The notes: a model not told the origin generated them from the letters alone. A stretch of DNA of 64,000 nt from Eledone cirrhosa (GCA_964016885.1 OZ024742.1:366730001-366794000); one strand, 5' to 3'. Positions 17,414 to 32,770 are shown, numbered from the stretch's first letter. Numbers and translations: made by a program.

Positions 17414-17933
17414 ACCAAGGTTTCTTGGTGAGGTGGGTGACTTTGGACATCCTGCAGGACTAAAAACAAAACCTTTCAAAGGGCAAAGGAGCTCTTAAGA
17501 GTCAATGGCCATCCAAAATCACCGGGAGAGATGACCCCTTAGCCTTTGTCAAGGCAGAATTGTAGGAGAAGGAAAACTCTGATATAACACCTCCTACCCT
17601 GATGGTATCCAATGATGTTGACATGTTCTTCTTTTTGGTTAATATCATCTTGGTTAAGAGAGTGGGACTGGCTTTGTGCAGTGCCTTTGCTCACTATAAA
17701 AGCTTCACGGCAAAGGCATTGCTTTATATCTGGAGATCTCTCTGCACTTGTCGTCACAGGGTACCATGGGCCCAGCACTATGTGCCAATAATTGTCACAA
17801 GTATGGTGTTTGTACCAGAGTTTTCAAGTCGCTGGCTGGACTAAAAAGTCACACTCGTTCAGCGCTTCGGTAGGGGTTCTCCTACATGGATATAAAGTAG
17901 TGACCGTACTCGAAAACGAGTTGGCAGCCACCA
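17414..17933 (+). mobile_element. left-truncated copy of a 609-bp non-coding dispersed element (RTE 5'UTR-like left half)
   Basis: Near-identical to 34984-35592 and 41146-41754. Carries AGGAGAAGGAAAACTCTG, a motif I recall from RTE 5' UTRs; the full copies also carry GGCGACTAAA. Inserted in microsatellite. Confidence 0.85.
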
Positions 17934-17949
17934 TATGTATATATATATG

Positions 17950-17994
<45 letters not shown>

Positions 17995-18005
17995 GTATAT
18001 ATATG

Positions 18006-18037
<32 letters not shown>

Positions 18038-18105
18038 ATTATAAATATATATATGTATATATATATATGTATATATATATATGTATATATATATGTATAT
18101 ATATG

Positions 18106-18136
<31 letters not shown>

Positions 18137-18435
18137 GTATATATATGTATATATATATATATATGTATATATATATGTATATATATGTATATATATATGT
18201 ATATATATATGTATATATATGTATATATATATGTATATATATATGTATATATATATATGTATATATATATATGTATATATATATGTATATATATATATAT
18301 GTATATATATATGTATATATATATGTATATATATATGTATATATATATGTATATATATATATGTATATATATATGTATATATATATATGTATATATATAT
18401 GTATATATATATGTATATATATATATGTATATATA

Positions 18436-19937
18436 TTTAGCAGTATTGGTTATAGATGTTATCGCCGGTTTAGCAGGGTGGCAGAATCAGTGGTCGTTAG
18501 TTGCCAGTGTGGTAAGTGATAGTATCCTCGTTGGATATTCATATTGACATAGTGGGACCTTGGCCTGTCAGCGATGATTTTTCTTATCTACTTACCGTCA
18601 TTGACCGTTTTTCGAGATGGCCTGAGGCCATCCCCTTGAAAAACATCACCGCGGAGACAACAGCAAGTGCTCTTGTGTCTGGATGGATCTCTCGTTATGG
18701 AGTTCCATCCACAATAACTACCGACCGTGGACGACAGTTCGAGTCGAGCCTTTTCCTCGAGCTGTCAAAAATAATTGGTGCTAAACGCATTCGAACTACG
18801 GCATACCATCCCGCTTCGAATGGTATGGTGGAGCGTTTTCACCGCCAACTGAAGGCCTCCTTAATGGCCTCAATGGACTCGGCGCATTGGAGCGAGTACC
18901 TCCCTATTGTGCTACTAGGGATTCGGTCAACGGTGAAGGTCGACTTTGGATTTTCACCGGCCGAAGTACTGTACGGTGCCCCTCTGACGTTGCCCGGGCA
19001 AATGCTTGCCCCTATCGATCTTGATGCCCAAGATCACGCTTCCTACGTGTCCCGTTTGCGCTCCTATTTTCAGGATTTGCCGCCAATGGACACTAGGAAA
19101 CAATCTGTCAAGACTGCTGTCCCGAGGGATATTGCCTCGTGGACGCATGTCTTTGTAAGGAATGATACGGTGAAGCCCCCGCTCACACAGCCTTACACTG
19201 GACCTTGCCGTGTCTTAGCGCGCTCGGCTAAGCATTTCACGTTAGATATTAAGGGGTCCAGGGTGACAGTTACATTAGACAGGCTTAAGCAGGCGCACCT
19301 TGATACGGACGCTGTGGTTCCTGATCCACGAACCCCTTCGTATTTGCCTGTTGAGCGAACGACTGTTCCTGATCCACCATCATCGCCTGTCCCTACACCA
19401 CCACCATCGCCACGTTACAAGACCACGACCCGTTCAGGTCGTAGGGTCCACTGGCCCAAAAAACTTTGCAGCACCGTCTATATTTAGACTGTTAGCTGCA
19501 CCTTTTCTTTGCCTCTGTGTTTCTGCTTTTTCTTTGCCTTGTTTTGTTTATGCATGCATGTCGTGTTTTTTTTAACATTTTTCAAATCCTTTTACTGGAT
19601 TCAATTTTTGCTAGAGCGGATAGCTCCCCCTTGTTGCATTGTTCGCCATCTTACTCCACGTGTGAGTAATGACATCGATTTTCAATAATTTGAAAATCTG
19701 GCTCGAGGTACTGTAGTAAGACGCCTCACGCTCCTTGATAGAACAACGCCGGTTGAGAACGCCAGAAAGAAAAGACAGACAGCCACTGGAAAGCCGACGG
19801 ATCACACGCCAGATACCAGCCTCTGTACAACACCATTGTTTGTGCTACAACAAAAAATAAACGTATATTTCATCTCTAATTTCTGCTGTTATTATGTCAC
19901 TTGCATCTCGATAACATCTACAACTAATACTGCTAAA
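18436..19937 (+). mobile_element. Gypsy-derived 1.5-kb unit: inverted LTR terminus, integrase and LTR terminus, giving 29-bp TIRs
   Basis: 18436-18464 TTTAGCAGTATTGGTTATAGATGTTATCG matches the reverse complement of 19909-19937 at 27/29. Both ends are homologous to the LTR at 26705-27290. Flanked by (TA)n. Confidence 0.85.
18516..19487 (+). CDS. Ty3/Gypsy integrase catalytic core and GPY/F region; N-terminal HHCC domain missing
   Basis: HIDIVGP...[23 protein letters not shown] and [17 protein letters not shown] give an intact [12 protein letters not shown] follows. No stops in 323 codons. Confidence 0.9.
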   Translation: MIVSSLDIHIDIVGPWPVSDDFSYLLTVIDRFSRWPEAIPLKNITAETTASALVSGWISRYGVPSTITTDRGRQFESSLFLELSKIIGAKRIRTTAYHPASNGMVERFHRQLKASLMASMDSAHWSEYLPIVLLGIRSTVKVDFGFSPAEVLYGAPLTLPGQMLAPIDLDAQDHASYVSRLRSYFQDLPPMDTRKQSVKTAVPRDIASWTHVFVRNDTVKPPLTQPYTGPCRVLARSAKHFTLDIKGSRVTVTLDRLKQAHLDTDAVVPDPRTPSYLPVERTTVPDPPSSPVPTPPPSPRYKTTTRSGRRVHWPKKLCSTVYI

Positions 19938-19977
19938 TATATATGTATATATATATGTATATATATATATGTATATG

Positions 19978-20026
<49 letters not shown>

Positions 20027-20027
20027 G

Positions 20028-20124
<97 letters not shown>

Positions 20125-20137
20125 GTATATATATATG

Positions 20138-20168
<31 letters not shown>

Positions 20169-20220
20169 GTATATATATATGTATATATATATATGTATAT
20201 ATATATGTATATATATATGC

Positions 20221-20251
<31 letters not shown>

Positions 20252-20270
20252 TGTATATGTATATATATAT

Positions 20271-22563
20271 AAACCACCAAGAAGCTCCGGGACGCTATCC
20301 AGCCTTAACTTCTACAAGGCTAGCTGGAAAAATATTAAGAGAGAAATCCGGAAGCAAACATGGAGTGAAAAGACCGCCACACAAGACACTAACACACAAT
20401 TTCAAGATTTCATGACAACGATACACACTCTATGCAAAAATTTGTCCTTGAGAAAGAGGCAAACAGACACAAAAATCTTATTCCCAGAGATAGGAAAATC
20501 CTTGTGAGACGTAGAACTAAACTCTCAAACCAGTTGAATAGTCAACAAAACAAAAAACAAGAAGGAATCCTATTTGAAACGTGCACTACTTGACCCAGAG
20601 ATTGCACTCAAACTTTCCCATGAGAATGAGAGGGCAAAGAAAGAGAACAGGGCCATAGAAAACATTAAAACAAACCCTAATGCCTTCTTTAAATTTGCAA
20701 AAGAAACTGCCTCAGTACACTGCAAGATTGGGCCACTCTTCCACACGGACGGTTCATTAACCGAAAACCCCCAAGAGATATGTGAAATACTGAACGAACA
20801 GTACAAAAGTGTGTTCACATGTCCACTGAGGCACATGCAAATAACGAAGCCAGAGGAGTTCTTTGATCCCACAACACTACATGAAGAAATGGCAACCATC
20901 AACCACATAGACATAACGGAGGAGGATGTGGTGTACGCCATTGATGAAATTAGAACAGACTCGGCTGCTGGACCTGATGGATTCCCAGCAGTCCTCTTAA
21001 AAATATGTAAGGGGCCTTAGCAACTCTATTGACGACGCTCTTCAGAAGCTCCTTGGCTAGCGGTGTACTACCCAGGGAGCTGAAAGAAGGCACAATATGC
21101 CCTATCCATAAAGGAGGTAGCAGAGCGGAGGCCAAAAAATATAGGCCAGTCTCCCTGACATCGCATATCAGTAAGGTCACGGAGCGAGTCGTCAGAAAGA
21201 AACTGATCACTTTCCTCGAGGAAAATGACCGCCTGACTAGCCCGCAACATGGCTTCCGCCCAGGAAGAACCTGCCTTACACAGCTGCTACATCACTACGA
21301 CTGGGTACTGAGACAACTGCTAGACAGCTCACATGTGGGCGTGATATATCTTGACTCTACGAAGCCTTTGACAAGGTCGACCACGGAATGATATGTCACA
21401 AACTACACGGACTCGGCATAATTGGAAAAGTAGGTGAGTGGCTGCATGACTTCCTAAGGGACAGAAGCCAGGCAGTCGCAGCAAATGGGGCCCTCTCGAG
21501 GGAAACACCAGTAACAAGTGGGGTGCCCCAGGGGACAATCCTGGGACCACTACTGTTTTTGGTGGCTCTCTCAGACATGCCCTCTGTGGTGCATACAACA
21601 ACATCCCTCACTAGCTATATGCTGATGACACTAAGGTAGCACAGGCAATCAAAAACCCGGCTGACGCTGCCCTTTTACAGCAGGATCTGGATGCCATATA
21701 CAAATGGGCGGAAGAAAACAACATGCAGTTTAATGCTGGCAAATTCCAAACCCTACAATACAAACCTCCAAACAAACCTGCAAACACAAATATAGTGGAA
21801 CACAACTACACAGGACCAGGAGCGACGATGCATCTTTTCCCTCACACATTATGAAAGTGGCGACAATGTGCAGACGACTTGCTGGTTGGATCTTGAGGAC
21901 TTTCCGGACAAGAGATCGAGACACCATGTTGACACTATGGAGGACATTTGTCCTAAGCCGCCTGGACTACTGGCCACAGTTGTGGTCACCCCATAGTGTC
22001 AAACTAACCACGGAGCTTGAGGCAATCCAGCGAAGCTACACCAAGAGGATTGCCAAGATGAGGGAGACAAGCTACTGGGAGAGGCTAAAGGAACTGAACC
22101 TCTACTCCTTGGAGCAAAGACGGGAGAGATACGCAGTGATCTACATGTGGAAAATCCTGGAGGGACAAGCACTAAACTTTGGCATTGAAAGCTGGACCAA
22201 CCGCCGAACAGGACGTCACTGTGTGGTGCCAAAGGTCCCGTCTTACACATCCAGAATAAGGAGCAGGTATTGCAATAGCCTGGGATTCAAGGGACCTCAA
22301 CTCTTCAACAGGCTGGCGAGGGATCTGAGAGACTTGCATGACGTGGAGGTGGATGTCTTCAAGAAACATCTCGACACTTTGTTATCCAGGATCCCGGATG
22401 AGCCCAAAGCAAGACACGAGGGAAACCTAAGGGCAGCAGCAACAAACTCCCTCTTACACCAGTGGCCAACCTATACAGGCTGGAGATAAAATGTGTAGCA
22501 ACAAGGGCGGTGCCCCAGCATGGCCTCAGCCAGATGGCTGAAACAGGTAAAAGAGTAAAAGCG
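20271..22563 (+). pseudogene. 5'-truncated, frameshifted CR1/L2-group LINE ORF2 (reverse transcriptase) with 3' tail
   Basis: SAAGPDG, YRPVSLTSH, QHGFRPGR, GVPQGTILGPLLF, YADD and YSLEQRRERY are split over 4-5 frames. Ends in a hairpin plus GTAAAAGA repeats, inserted in (TA)n. Confidence 0.93.
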
Positions 22564-22577
22564 GATATATATATATG

Positions 22578-22648
<71 letters not shown>

Positions 22649-22675
22649 GTCTATATATATATATATATATATATA

Positions 22676-22751
<76 letters not shown>

Positions 22752-22823
22752 TATATATATATATATATATATATATGTCTATATATATATATATATATCT
22801 GTCTATATATATATATATATATA

Positions 22824-23010
<187 letters not shown>

Positions 23011-23020
23011 ATATATATTT

Positions 23021-23103
<83 letters not shown>

Positions 23104-23117
23104 ATATATATTTAAAA

Positions 23118-23186
<69 letters not shown>

Positions 23187-23253
23187 AAGGTTTAGCAAAT
23201 AATGAAAAAGTTTCAAAATAAATTTTAAAAAATTAACTTTACCTACTATAGTT

Positions 23254-23336
23254 ACCTTAACCGATCGGTTTCGAATCCCACAAATAAACGGGGGCCTTAC
23301 GGCCTTCGTTGCAAAGAGAGATTCTCGTCAGAAGGT
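23254..23336 (-). ncRNA. type I hammerhead ribozyme (GUU)
   Basis: Minus strand: ACCTT-CTGACGA-GAATC...GATTC-GAAA-CCGATCGG-TT-AAGGT. Confidence 0.85.
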
Positions 23337-23667
23337 TCTTTTCGTTCGAAGAATATAAAATTCTTGAATTTAAATGACGAACTAGCGCTATTCAAAACTG
23401 TTCCGGAGATGAGGGTGAAATGAGGTGGAATCAATTTTTTCAAGGGCCGAAGTAAAGACTCCTCTCTTGTTGAGTGCAAACTTGGTCGTCCTGACTGCTG
23501 CTAGTGATAGCCGCTGCTAGTTTGACCTACCTCCTTCTGCCTCTATCTTTACTTCGGCCCTTGAAAAAATTGATTCCACCTCATTTCACCCTCATCTCCG
23601 GAACAGTTTTGAATAGCGCTAGTTCGTCATTTAAATTCAAGAATTTTATATTCTTCGAACGAAAAGA

Positions 23668-23750
23668 ACCTTCTGACGAGAATCTCTCTTTGCAACGAAG
23701 GCCGTAAGGCCCCCGTTTATTTGTGGGATTCGAAACCGATCGGTAAAGGT
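23668..23750 (+). ncRNA. type I hammerhead ribozyme (GUA)
   Basis: ACCTT-CTGACGA-GAATC-(42-nt loop with GGCC-GTAA-GGCC hairpin)-GATTC-GAAA-CCGATCGG-TA-AAGGT. Confidence 0.88.
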
Positions 23751-23930
23751 AACTATAGTAGGTAAAGTTAATTTTTTAAAATTTATTTTGAAACTTTTTC
23801 ATTATTTGCTAAACCTTGTTTATATATGTTCTGGCTCGTTAATTTATTAACCTGCCATTGAACCACATTGGCATTTGGTTGGACAATACATGTGTCTCTT
23901 TGCGCCTTGTGCGTGAAGGAATACATATCC

Positions 23931-23998
<68 letters not shown>

Positions 23999-24045
23999 CT
24001 ATATATATATTGTTATACTTTGGGAGGGTCATGCAATATCGTAAG

Positions 24046-24187
<142 letters not shown>

Positions 24188-24190
24188 TGA

Positions 24191-24252
<62 letters not shown>

Positions 24253-24263
24253 GTATATATATG

Positions 24264-24336
<73 letters not shown>

Positions 24337-24342
24337 GTATAT

Positions 24343-25191
24343 ATATTTATTAAAATAACAGATTAAAGTTTAAGCAAAGAATCGCTGCTTTCACCCTTAA
24401 CGGGATCTTCTGAAGCTAACAAAGTCAATCTGTAAACGCAGAACTGGATATTTCAAAAACCGTTGCAACCGGAGGAAGACAGGAAGACGATACTTTGGTT
24501 CGTGGAAACGTTCGCTGGCAAAGAACGGGAAAAAACGAATATAATACGTCATTAATAGGAGCGGTGAAAAACAATTACGCGCAAAGATAAAACCACCTTT
24601 ATGGTATAAAAAAGTTCGTAGACTAATGTTCTCTTAGGTTGTTCATAGAGACGTTCTCTGGCAATGAACGAAAAAACGAAGATAATAAGTCATATGTGGA
24701 GCGTGGAGAACAATAGCACGCAAAGACAAAACCATGTAAATGGTATAGCGGAAATCGTAGACTAAAATTCTAACTAGGAGACCAAATGAATCTCCGCTAC
24801 AGAGTTAAGAACAAAGTAAATAAATACCATACAGAAGTAATAGAAACAAATAAATACATACACGCAAACAGATACGTACATACACAAGCATACGCAAAAC
24901 CTTACCATGGTATACAAAACCACGCACATATAAATATGTGTGTTTTGTCTTTGCGCGTAATTGTTTTTCACCGCTCCTATTAATGACGTATTATATTCGT
25001 TTTTTCCCGTTCTTTGCCAGCGAACGTTACCACGAACCAAAGTATCGTCTTCCTGTCTTCCTCCGGTTGCAACGGTTTTTGAAATATCCAGTTCTGCGTT
25101 TACAGATTGACTTTGTTAGTTTCAGAAGATCCCGTTAAGGGTGAAAGCAGCGATTCTTTGCTTAAACTTTAATCTGTTATTTTAATAAATA
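24343..25191. mobile_element. fold-back element: about 250-bp inverted arms, about 345-bp spacer, degenerate hammerhead-like core per arm
   Basis: 24343-24594 versus 24941-25191 differ at only a few sites. Each arm has CAGAAGA-TCCC-GTTAA-GGGT-GAAA-GCAGC. Confidence 0.92.
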
Positions 25192-25283
25192 TTTGCTCTA
25201 CGTTTCTTATATATTTGATATATATTTTCCTTATCGAGCCCTCTTTGGATTTTAGTCTTCAATTTTATTATTATTACTATATG

Positions 25284-25381
<98 letters not shown>

Positions 25382-25413
25382 TTTGTATATATATATATAT
25401 AAATATATATATG

Positions 25414-25533
<120 letters not shown>

Positions 25534-25574
25534 AATGTATATATATATATATGTATATGTATATGTATATGTAA

Positions 25575-25745
25575 ATAGACGTACAGTAGCATGTATATAT
25601 ATACATACAGGCACACATATATATATATGCACGTATCAGTTTACAAACGAACAAACCGAGCATTATAATAAATGTTCGGTAAACTGATACGTGCATATAT
25701 ATATGTGTGCCTGTATGTATATATATACATGCTACTGTACGTCTG
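25575..25745. repeat. short palindromic element; arms match the tail of the 48750-49250 family
   Basis: AGACGTACAGTAGCATG...GCACGTATCAGTTTAC pairs with GTAAACTGATACGTGC...CATGCTACTGTACGTCT. The right arm resembles 49100-49190. Confidence 0.85.
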
Positions 25746-26704
<959 letters not shown>

Positions 26705-26705
<1 letters not shown>

Positions 26706-29452
26706 TTAGCAGTATTAGTTATAGAGTAGTCGTTACTTTAACAGGGTAGATAATTGATTGATGGTCGTTAGTTGCCAGTGTGGTAAGTGATAGTATCCTC
26801 GTTGGATTATCTTGTTGACATAGACGTGAGGGAAGGTCCCTCGATCTATTTCCCATCTATTTACAATATTCCTTTCGTCAGGTCGCCAATTCCAGCAGCA
26901 TGGATTATAGATGTTATTGAGACACGAGTAACATAATAATGATTTCAACAGCAGTAATTAGAGATGAAATGTATGTTTATTTTTGATGTAGTACAAACAA
27001 TGTTTGTTAACTTATATGGTTGAAGTTACAGATAAAAAGAGGTTACAAAAGGGAATGTGCCATTGCGCCGTTAAGCCGGCGAGGCTAGGGGTGCAAAATC
27101 TCACCGTTACATTATGCGTGTTGCTGGTTCGAAGTTTCTGGTACAAGAGAGAGATTCTTCAAATCTTCGCGGGGAATTTCTTCCTCAGGGCGCGTAGGGA
27201 TACATCCTCTTCTACTGGCGCTGATTGGCTGAACTGAGCCAAATCACGCACAGAGAATGTATGTGAGTCCGCGGAATGTAGGTCACTACATCACCTCCGA
27301 CCAGATTTTCAGCCGAAAATCGATAACGAAGAAACCAAGGACCCACATATTATTGAATCAGCAAGAACAAATGCTGAAAGAGCACATCAGTGAAAAAATA
27401 ATTGAGCAGAAAGATTCATGCAAGAACAAAAAAAAATTAGGCGCGACGGGCCTTGTTGAGCCGCTGTCAAATGACTATCTGTTTTGTAGTTTAAACGAGA
27501 CCCTCAAGGGCCTACCAGAAAACAGATAAAGTCTGACATGGGCGAAGTTGCTGTTCATGCATTAAATGTTAATGGTAAGCGTTGTACCAGTAGCTGTGAA
27601 CGAAGCTATTATGGTAGTTTACCAGTGCTGGCGAGAAAATGATGGCCCCCAGATGTATTGTCGAATGTGCTGTGGAGCCAGGAAAAAATGGCTGGTTGCT
27701 TTGTAAAGAAAAAAAAGCAAGTTTAATCTGTAGGTGGACTGCAGTGTAAATTCCATAATTCGGGCGAATCCACAGAAGTGGCCGAAATGCTGACAAGTCC
27801 AGTTCAATTTGTTGCTTTCCCAGCGAGTCGGGCAAAAACAACAAGACGGATGGCCGTCATGGACGATCAGTGTGCAACGAGATGCGAAGCTGTTTGAGTT
27901 CAGCTGCAATTAGTATTCTCGTGTTGCGGTGCCTGTTTGAATCCAGTGGATTAAGCTCTGTGAGCTGCCAGCATGTGACAGCATCTGAACCAGGTGAAAA
28001 GGGACTCGCAGAATATTACGTTTGAAGAACATATACCAAGAACAACATGTTGGTGTGTGATAAAAAAAATGTGTGCATATGCAGGCATGTAAAACAGCAA
28101 AGAATGTGAATGAACAAAAACCATTAGCAAGCAAATAGCAAAAGAGCACAAAACAAGTAAATGCATTCTACAAAGAAATATGTGAATGTAAGAAACTGAT
28201 AATTCAAAGTCAATCTAGGGGAACAGAGAAATTGCTCAATAAGTTCAAAATTTTTCAAAGTCAAATAGTTCACACATCACCAGTGTACAGACACTAGTTC
28301 TATCTGGAAACTGAAAAAGAAGTTTGTTAATGCCGTTAGGGATTAGATGTATGGTGTTTTTGTGAGATTTCGCGGTCATCTTGTGTGGCATAAGGTTGTG
28401 TTGCTTATTGTTAAAGCAAAGTCAAAGAATCTTCTGTAGAGTAGGAGTCACCAAATATGGCAGCCACGTCTGACGCCATAATGGTGAGAAAACTACTGTC
28501 TCAATTTCTCGAGTCCCTGTGGTAACGAGACAGAAGGTATGGTGGTTGCGTCGGTAAAGTTACAAGCCGTTTTGAAATTTCCGATGTGTGGTGGTTGGCG
28601 TCGGTAAGGCTATGAAGTTGCCACTCACTGTTCCCTGTATTGGTCAGTGGTTAAACAACGCTGTCGCTGCTGCTGTCGTTGTTGTTGGTAGCCATCTTGA
28701 AATTTCCTCGTGGCGAAAAGTTTTTGAAATACTGCTAATTTTTCAAAAATCTTAAAAGGAATATTTTTTATTTTCGCAAGTTGCGAAAAGGTTGGCAACG
28801 TGGCAATAAAAGTTCAACTGAATAAAAAAGAAGGGCTGCGTTAAATTCTTACGTCGGGGTCACCACTTTAGCAGTATTAGTTATAGAGTAGTCGTTACTT
28901 TAACAGGGTAGATAATTGATTGATGGTCGTTAGTTGCCAGTGTGGTAAGTGATAGTATCCTCGTTGGATTATCTTGTTGACATAGACGTGAGGGAAGGTC
29001 CCTCGATCTATTTCCCATCTATTTACAATATTCCTTTCGTCAGGTCGCCAATTCCAGCAGCATGGATTATAGATGTTATTGAGACACGAGTAACATAATA
29101 ATGATTTCAACAGCAGTAATTAGAGATGAAATGTATGTTTATTTTTGATGTAGTACAAACAATGTTTGTTAACTTATATGGTTGAAGTTACAGATAAAAA
29201 GAGGTTACAAAAGGGAATGTGCCATTGCGCCGTTAAGCCGGCGAGGCTAGGGGTGCAAAATCTCACCGTTACATTATGCGTGTTTCTGGCTCGAAGTTTC
29301 TGGTACAAGAGAGAGATTCTTCAAATCTTCGCGGGGAATTTCTTCCTCAGGGCGCGTAGGGATACATCCTCTTCTACTGGCGCTGATTGGCTGAACTGAG
29401 CCAAATCACGCACAGAGAATGTATGCGAGCCCGCGGAATGTAGGTCACTACA
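26705..29452 (-). mobile_element. non-autonomous Gypsy-type LTR element with 586-bp LTRs (26705-27290 and 28867-29452)
   Basis: The direct repeats differ at about 4 visible sites. The minus-strand LTR reads TGTAG...CTAAA, with a tRNA-Trp PBS right after the 5' LTR. The 1.56-kb interior has no intact ORF. Flanked by (TA)n. Confidence 0.92.
28851..28865 (-). promoter_or_regulatory. primer binding site complementary to the tRNA-Trp 3' end
   Basis: Minus strand TGGTGACCCCGACGT, 1 nt after the LTR. Metazoan tRNA-Trp ends ...ACGTCGGGGTCACCA. Confidence 0.9.
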
Positions 29453-29664
29453 TATATATATGTATATATATATATATTTTACTGCATCTTTCTGTTCTTT
29501 TTTATTCTTTATACACGGCCCGGAGTATAGCTAAACTGGAATATACACCTATTTTCTGCATTTCGTTGAGCACCACTCTGTTGTAAGCTGACCTACCCCT
29601 ACACGGTACATAACAGCGTGTCCTGGAAAACCTTAATACACTCGTGCATAACCAATTATATATG

Positions 29665-29717
<53 letters not shown>

Positions 29718-29732
29718 GTATATATATATATG

Positions 29733-29784
<52 letters not shown>

Positions 29785-29790
29785 TATATA

Positions 29791-29837
<47 letters not shown>

Positions 29838-29848
29838 ATATATATATG

Positions 29849-29879
<31 letters not shown>

Positions 29880-29912
29880 GTATATATATATGTATATATA
29901 TATATATGTATG

Positions 29913-29946
<34 letters not shown>

Positions 29947-30020
29947 TGTCTATATATATATATATGTCTATATATATATATGTCTATATATATCTATCTC
30001 TATATATATATATATTTATA

Positions 30021-30107
<87 letters not shown>

Positions 30108-30257
30108 GTCTATATATAACATTAAGGATACTATTTATAGTTATGTATATTTTAAACCTTAAACACTGAATGTCAGTAATTTATTACTATCTTATTACCA
30201 GTAAGATAAATAGTTCAATGTAATAAGATAAGTTGTTCTACAGAGCAGTTATATAGA

Positions 30258-31574
30258 ATTCACAAGAATCAAAGCTATGTTCAAAGCATTTATTCACTTA
30301 CAATTGTTTCATCCAAACCCAGGCTTGGTGTCTTCGGAGCATTTTTCAATCTTTGTACATATAATTGACCTCCTTTCCAACGCAAGAGACATACAGATAC
30401 ATATATATATATTGATGTACAGTGGAGTGACATATATTACACTATACTATTTTTGTACAGCAATTCAAATTCAAGATGAAAATCAAAATCAAAATTAAAA
30501 TACATTCGGCAGATAACACAGATAATGCAGGAGGATAGTTTGATAATCAGGTCTAGTAGGTAGTGTATGCGTTAGTTACACATGGTGCATGCAAGTGTGT
30601 CTCATTTTTATACGATTATTGTGTGGCAAGGTGTTACATGTAATGCAAGCACTTTAAGCGGGTAAGCAAGAGTATTATGGTGGTTGTAGTGGTAGGTTTT
30701 TTTTTGTATAGATCAAAAAAGTATGTGTGCAGAAAAATAAAAGAAGAAGTCAAAGAAATTTATAGTTTTCGTATCCACCACCATTTTCACATTCAGAACA
30801 AGTAAGGTATCGTTTTTACATCCATCACATAAGTAACGATGATTCCGTAATGAATGTTTGATGCATTAAATTATTGTAGCGTATTGAGGCTCTGTGTTAT
30901 TTAATCCATATTTATAGAATAGGTTCTTTCTGCTGCGAGAATTTACAGTGGTTTATTATCCGGAACTAGGTGTGTAATTAAGGGGAGTTAATGCGTAAGG
31001 GGAGGTAACTAGCTGATTCTCATAACTAAATTCATTGTTCTAACATACATTATAAGGCGCCACAATTGAGTCCCTTATATAGACGGTTATACATTTATAT
31101 TTAGTTTTCAATTTTAAATACAGTCTACTCTATCATGATGTACTAAAGGTATCTATATTAAGTTGATTACTCCTTATTATATAGTGCTACAATTGAATAT
31201 TCCATACAAAGTTCCATATCTTTATATCAAAGTTCACTGTAAATACAGTCTACTCTCAAAACATATCATATTTATATGGACTGTATTATATCACTACATA
31301 ATTATAAGTAATTAAAAGTAATTATATTAAAAGTAGGTGTTTATGGGGATATTTCTAGGGTATAAAGTTATAGATAGATGGAATGATTTGTGTCGAGATA
31401 GGGTGGATCAGAGAGTGTGGTGTTGTGATGTAGGGCGTGCCCTTGAGGTGTGGTGTTAGAAGCGGTGATGTATGTACAAACATTGAAAAATGCTCCGATG
31501 ACCCCAAGCCTGGGTTTGGATTAAACAATTGTAAGTGAATAAATGCTTTGAACATAGCTTTGATTCTTGTGAAT
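30258..31574. mobile_element. inverted pair of about 105-bp arms with variant hammerhead cores, 1.1-kb spacer
   Basis: 30258-30362 versus 31471-31574. Left arm, minus strand: TGCT-CCGAAGA-..CCAAGCC/GGTTTGG..-GAAA-CAATTG-TA-AGTG. The right arm has CCGATGA and TAAA. Confidence 0.8.
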
Positions 31575-31577
31575 ATC

Positions 31578-32770
<1,193 letters not shown>

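Larger units (their letters stand above)
23181..23826. mobile_element. fold-back element: about 280-bp inverted arms, 87-bp spacer, one hammerhead per arm
   Basis: 23181-23458 is the reverse complement of 23546-23823, with one visible mismatch. Confidence 0.95.

Noticed and set aside
27291-28850. gag/protease ORF inside the LTR element
   Set aside because: Only short interrupted frames with faint resemblance; not supportable as a CDS.
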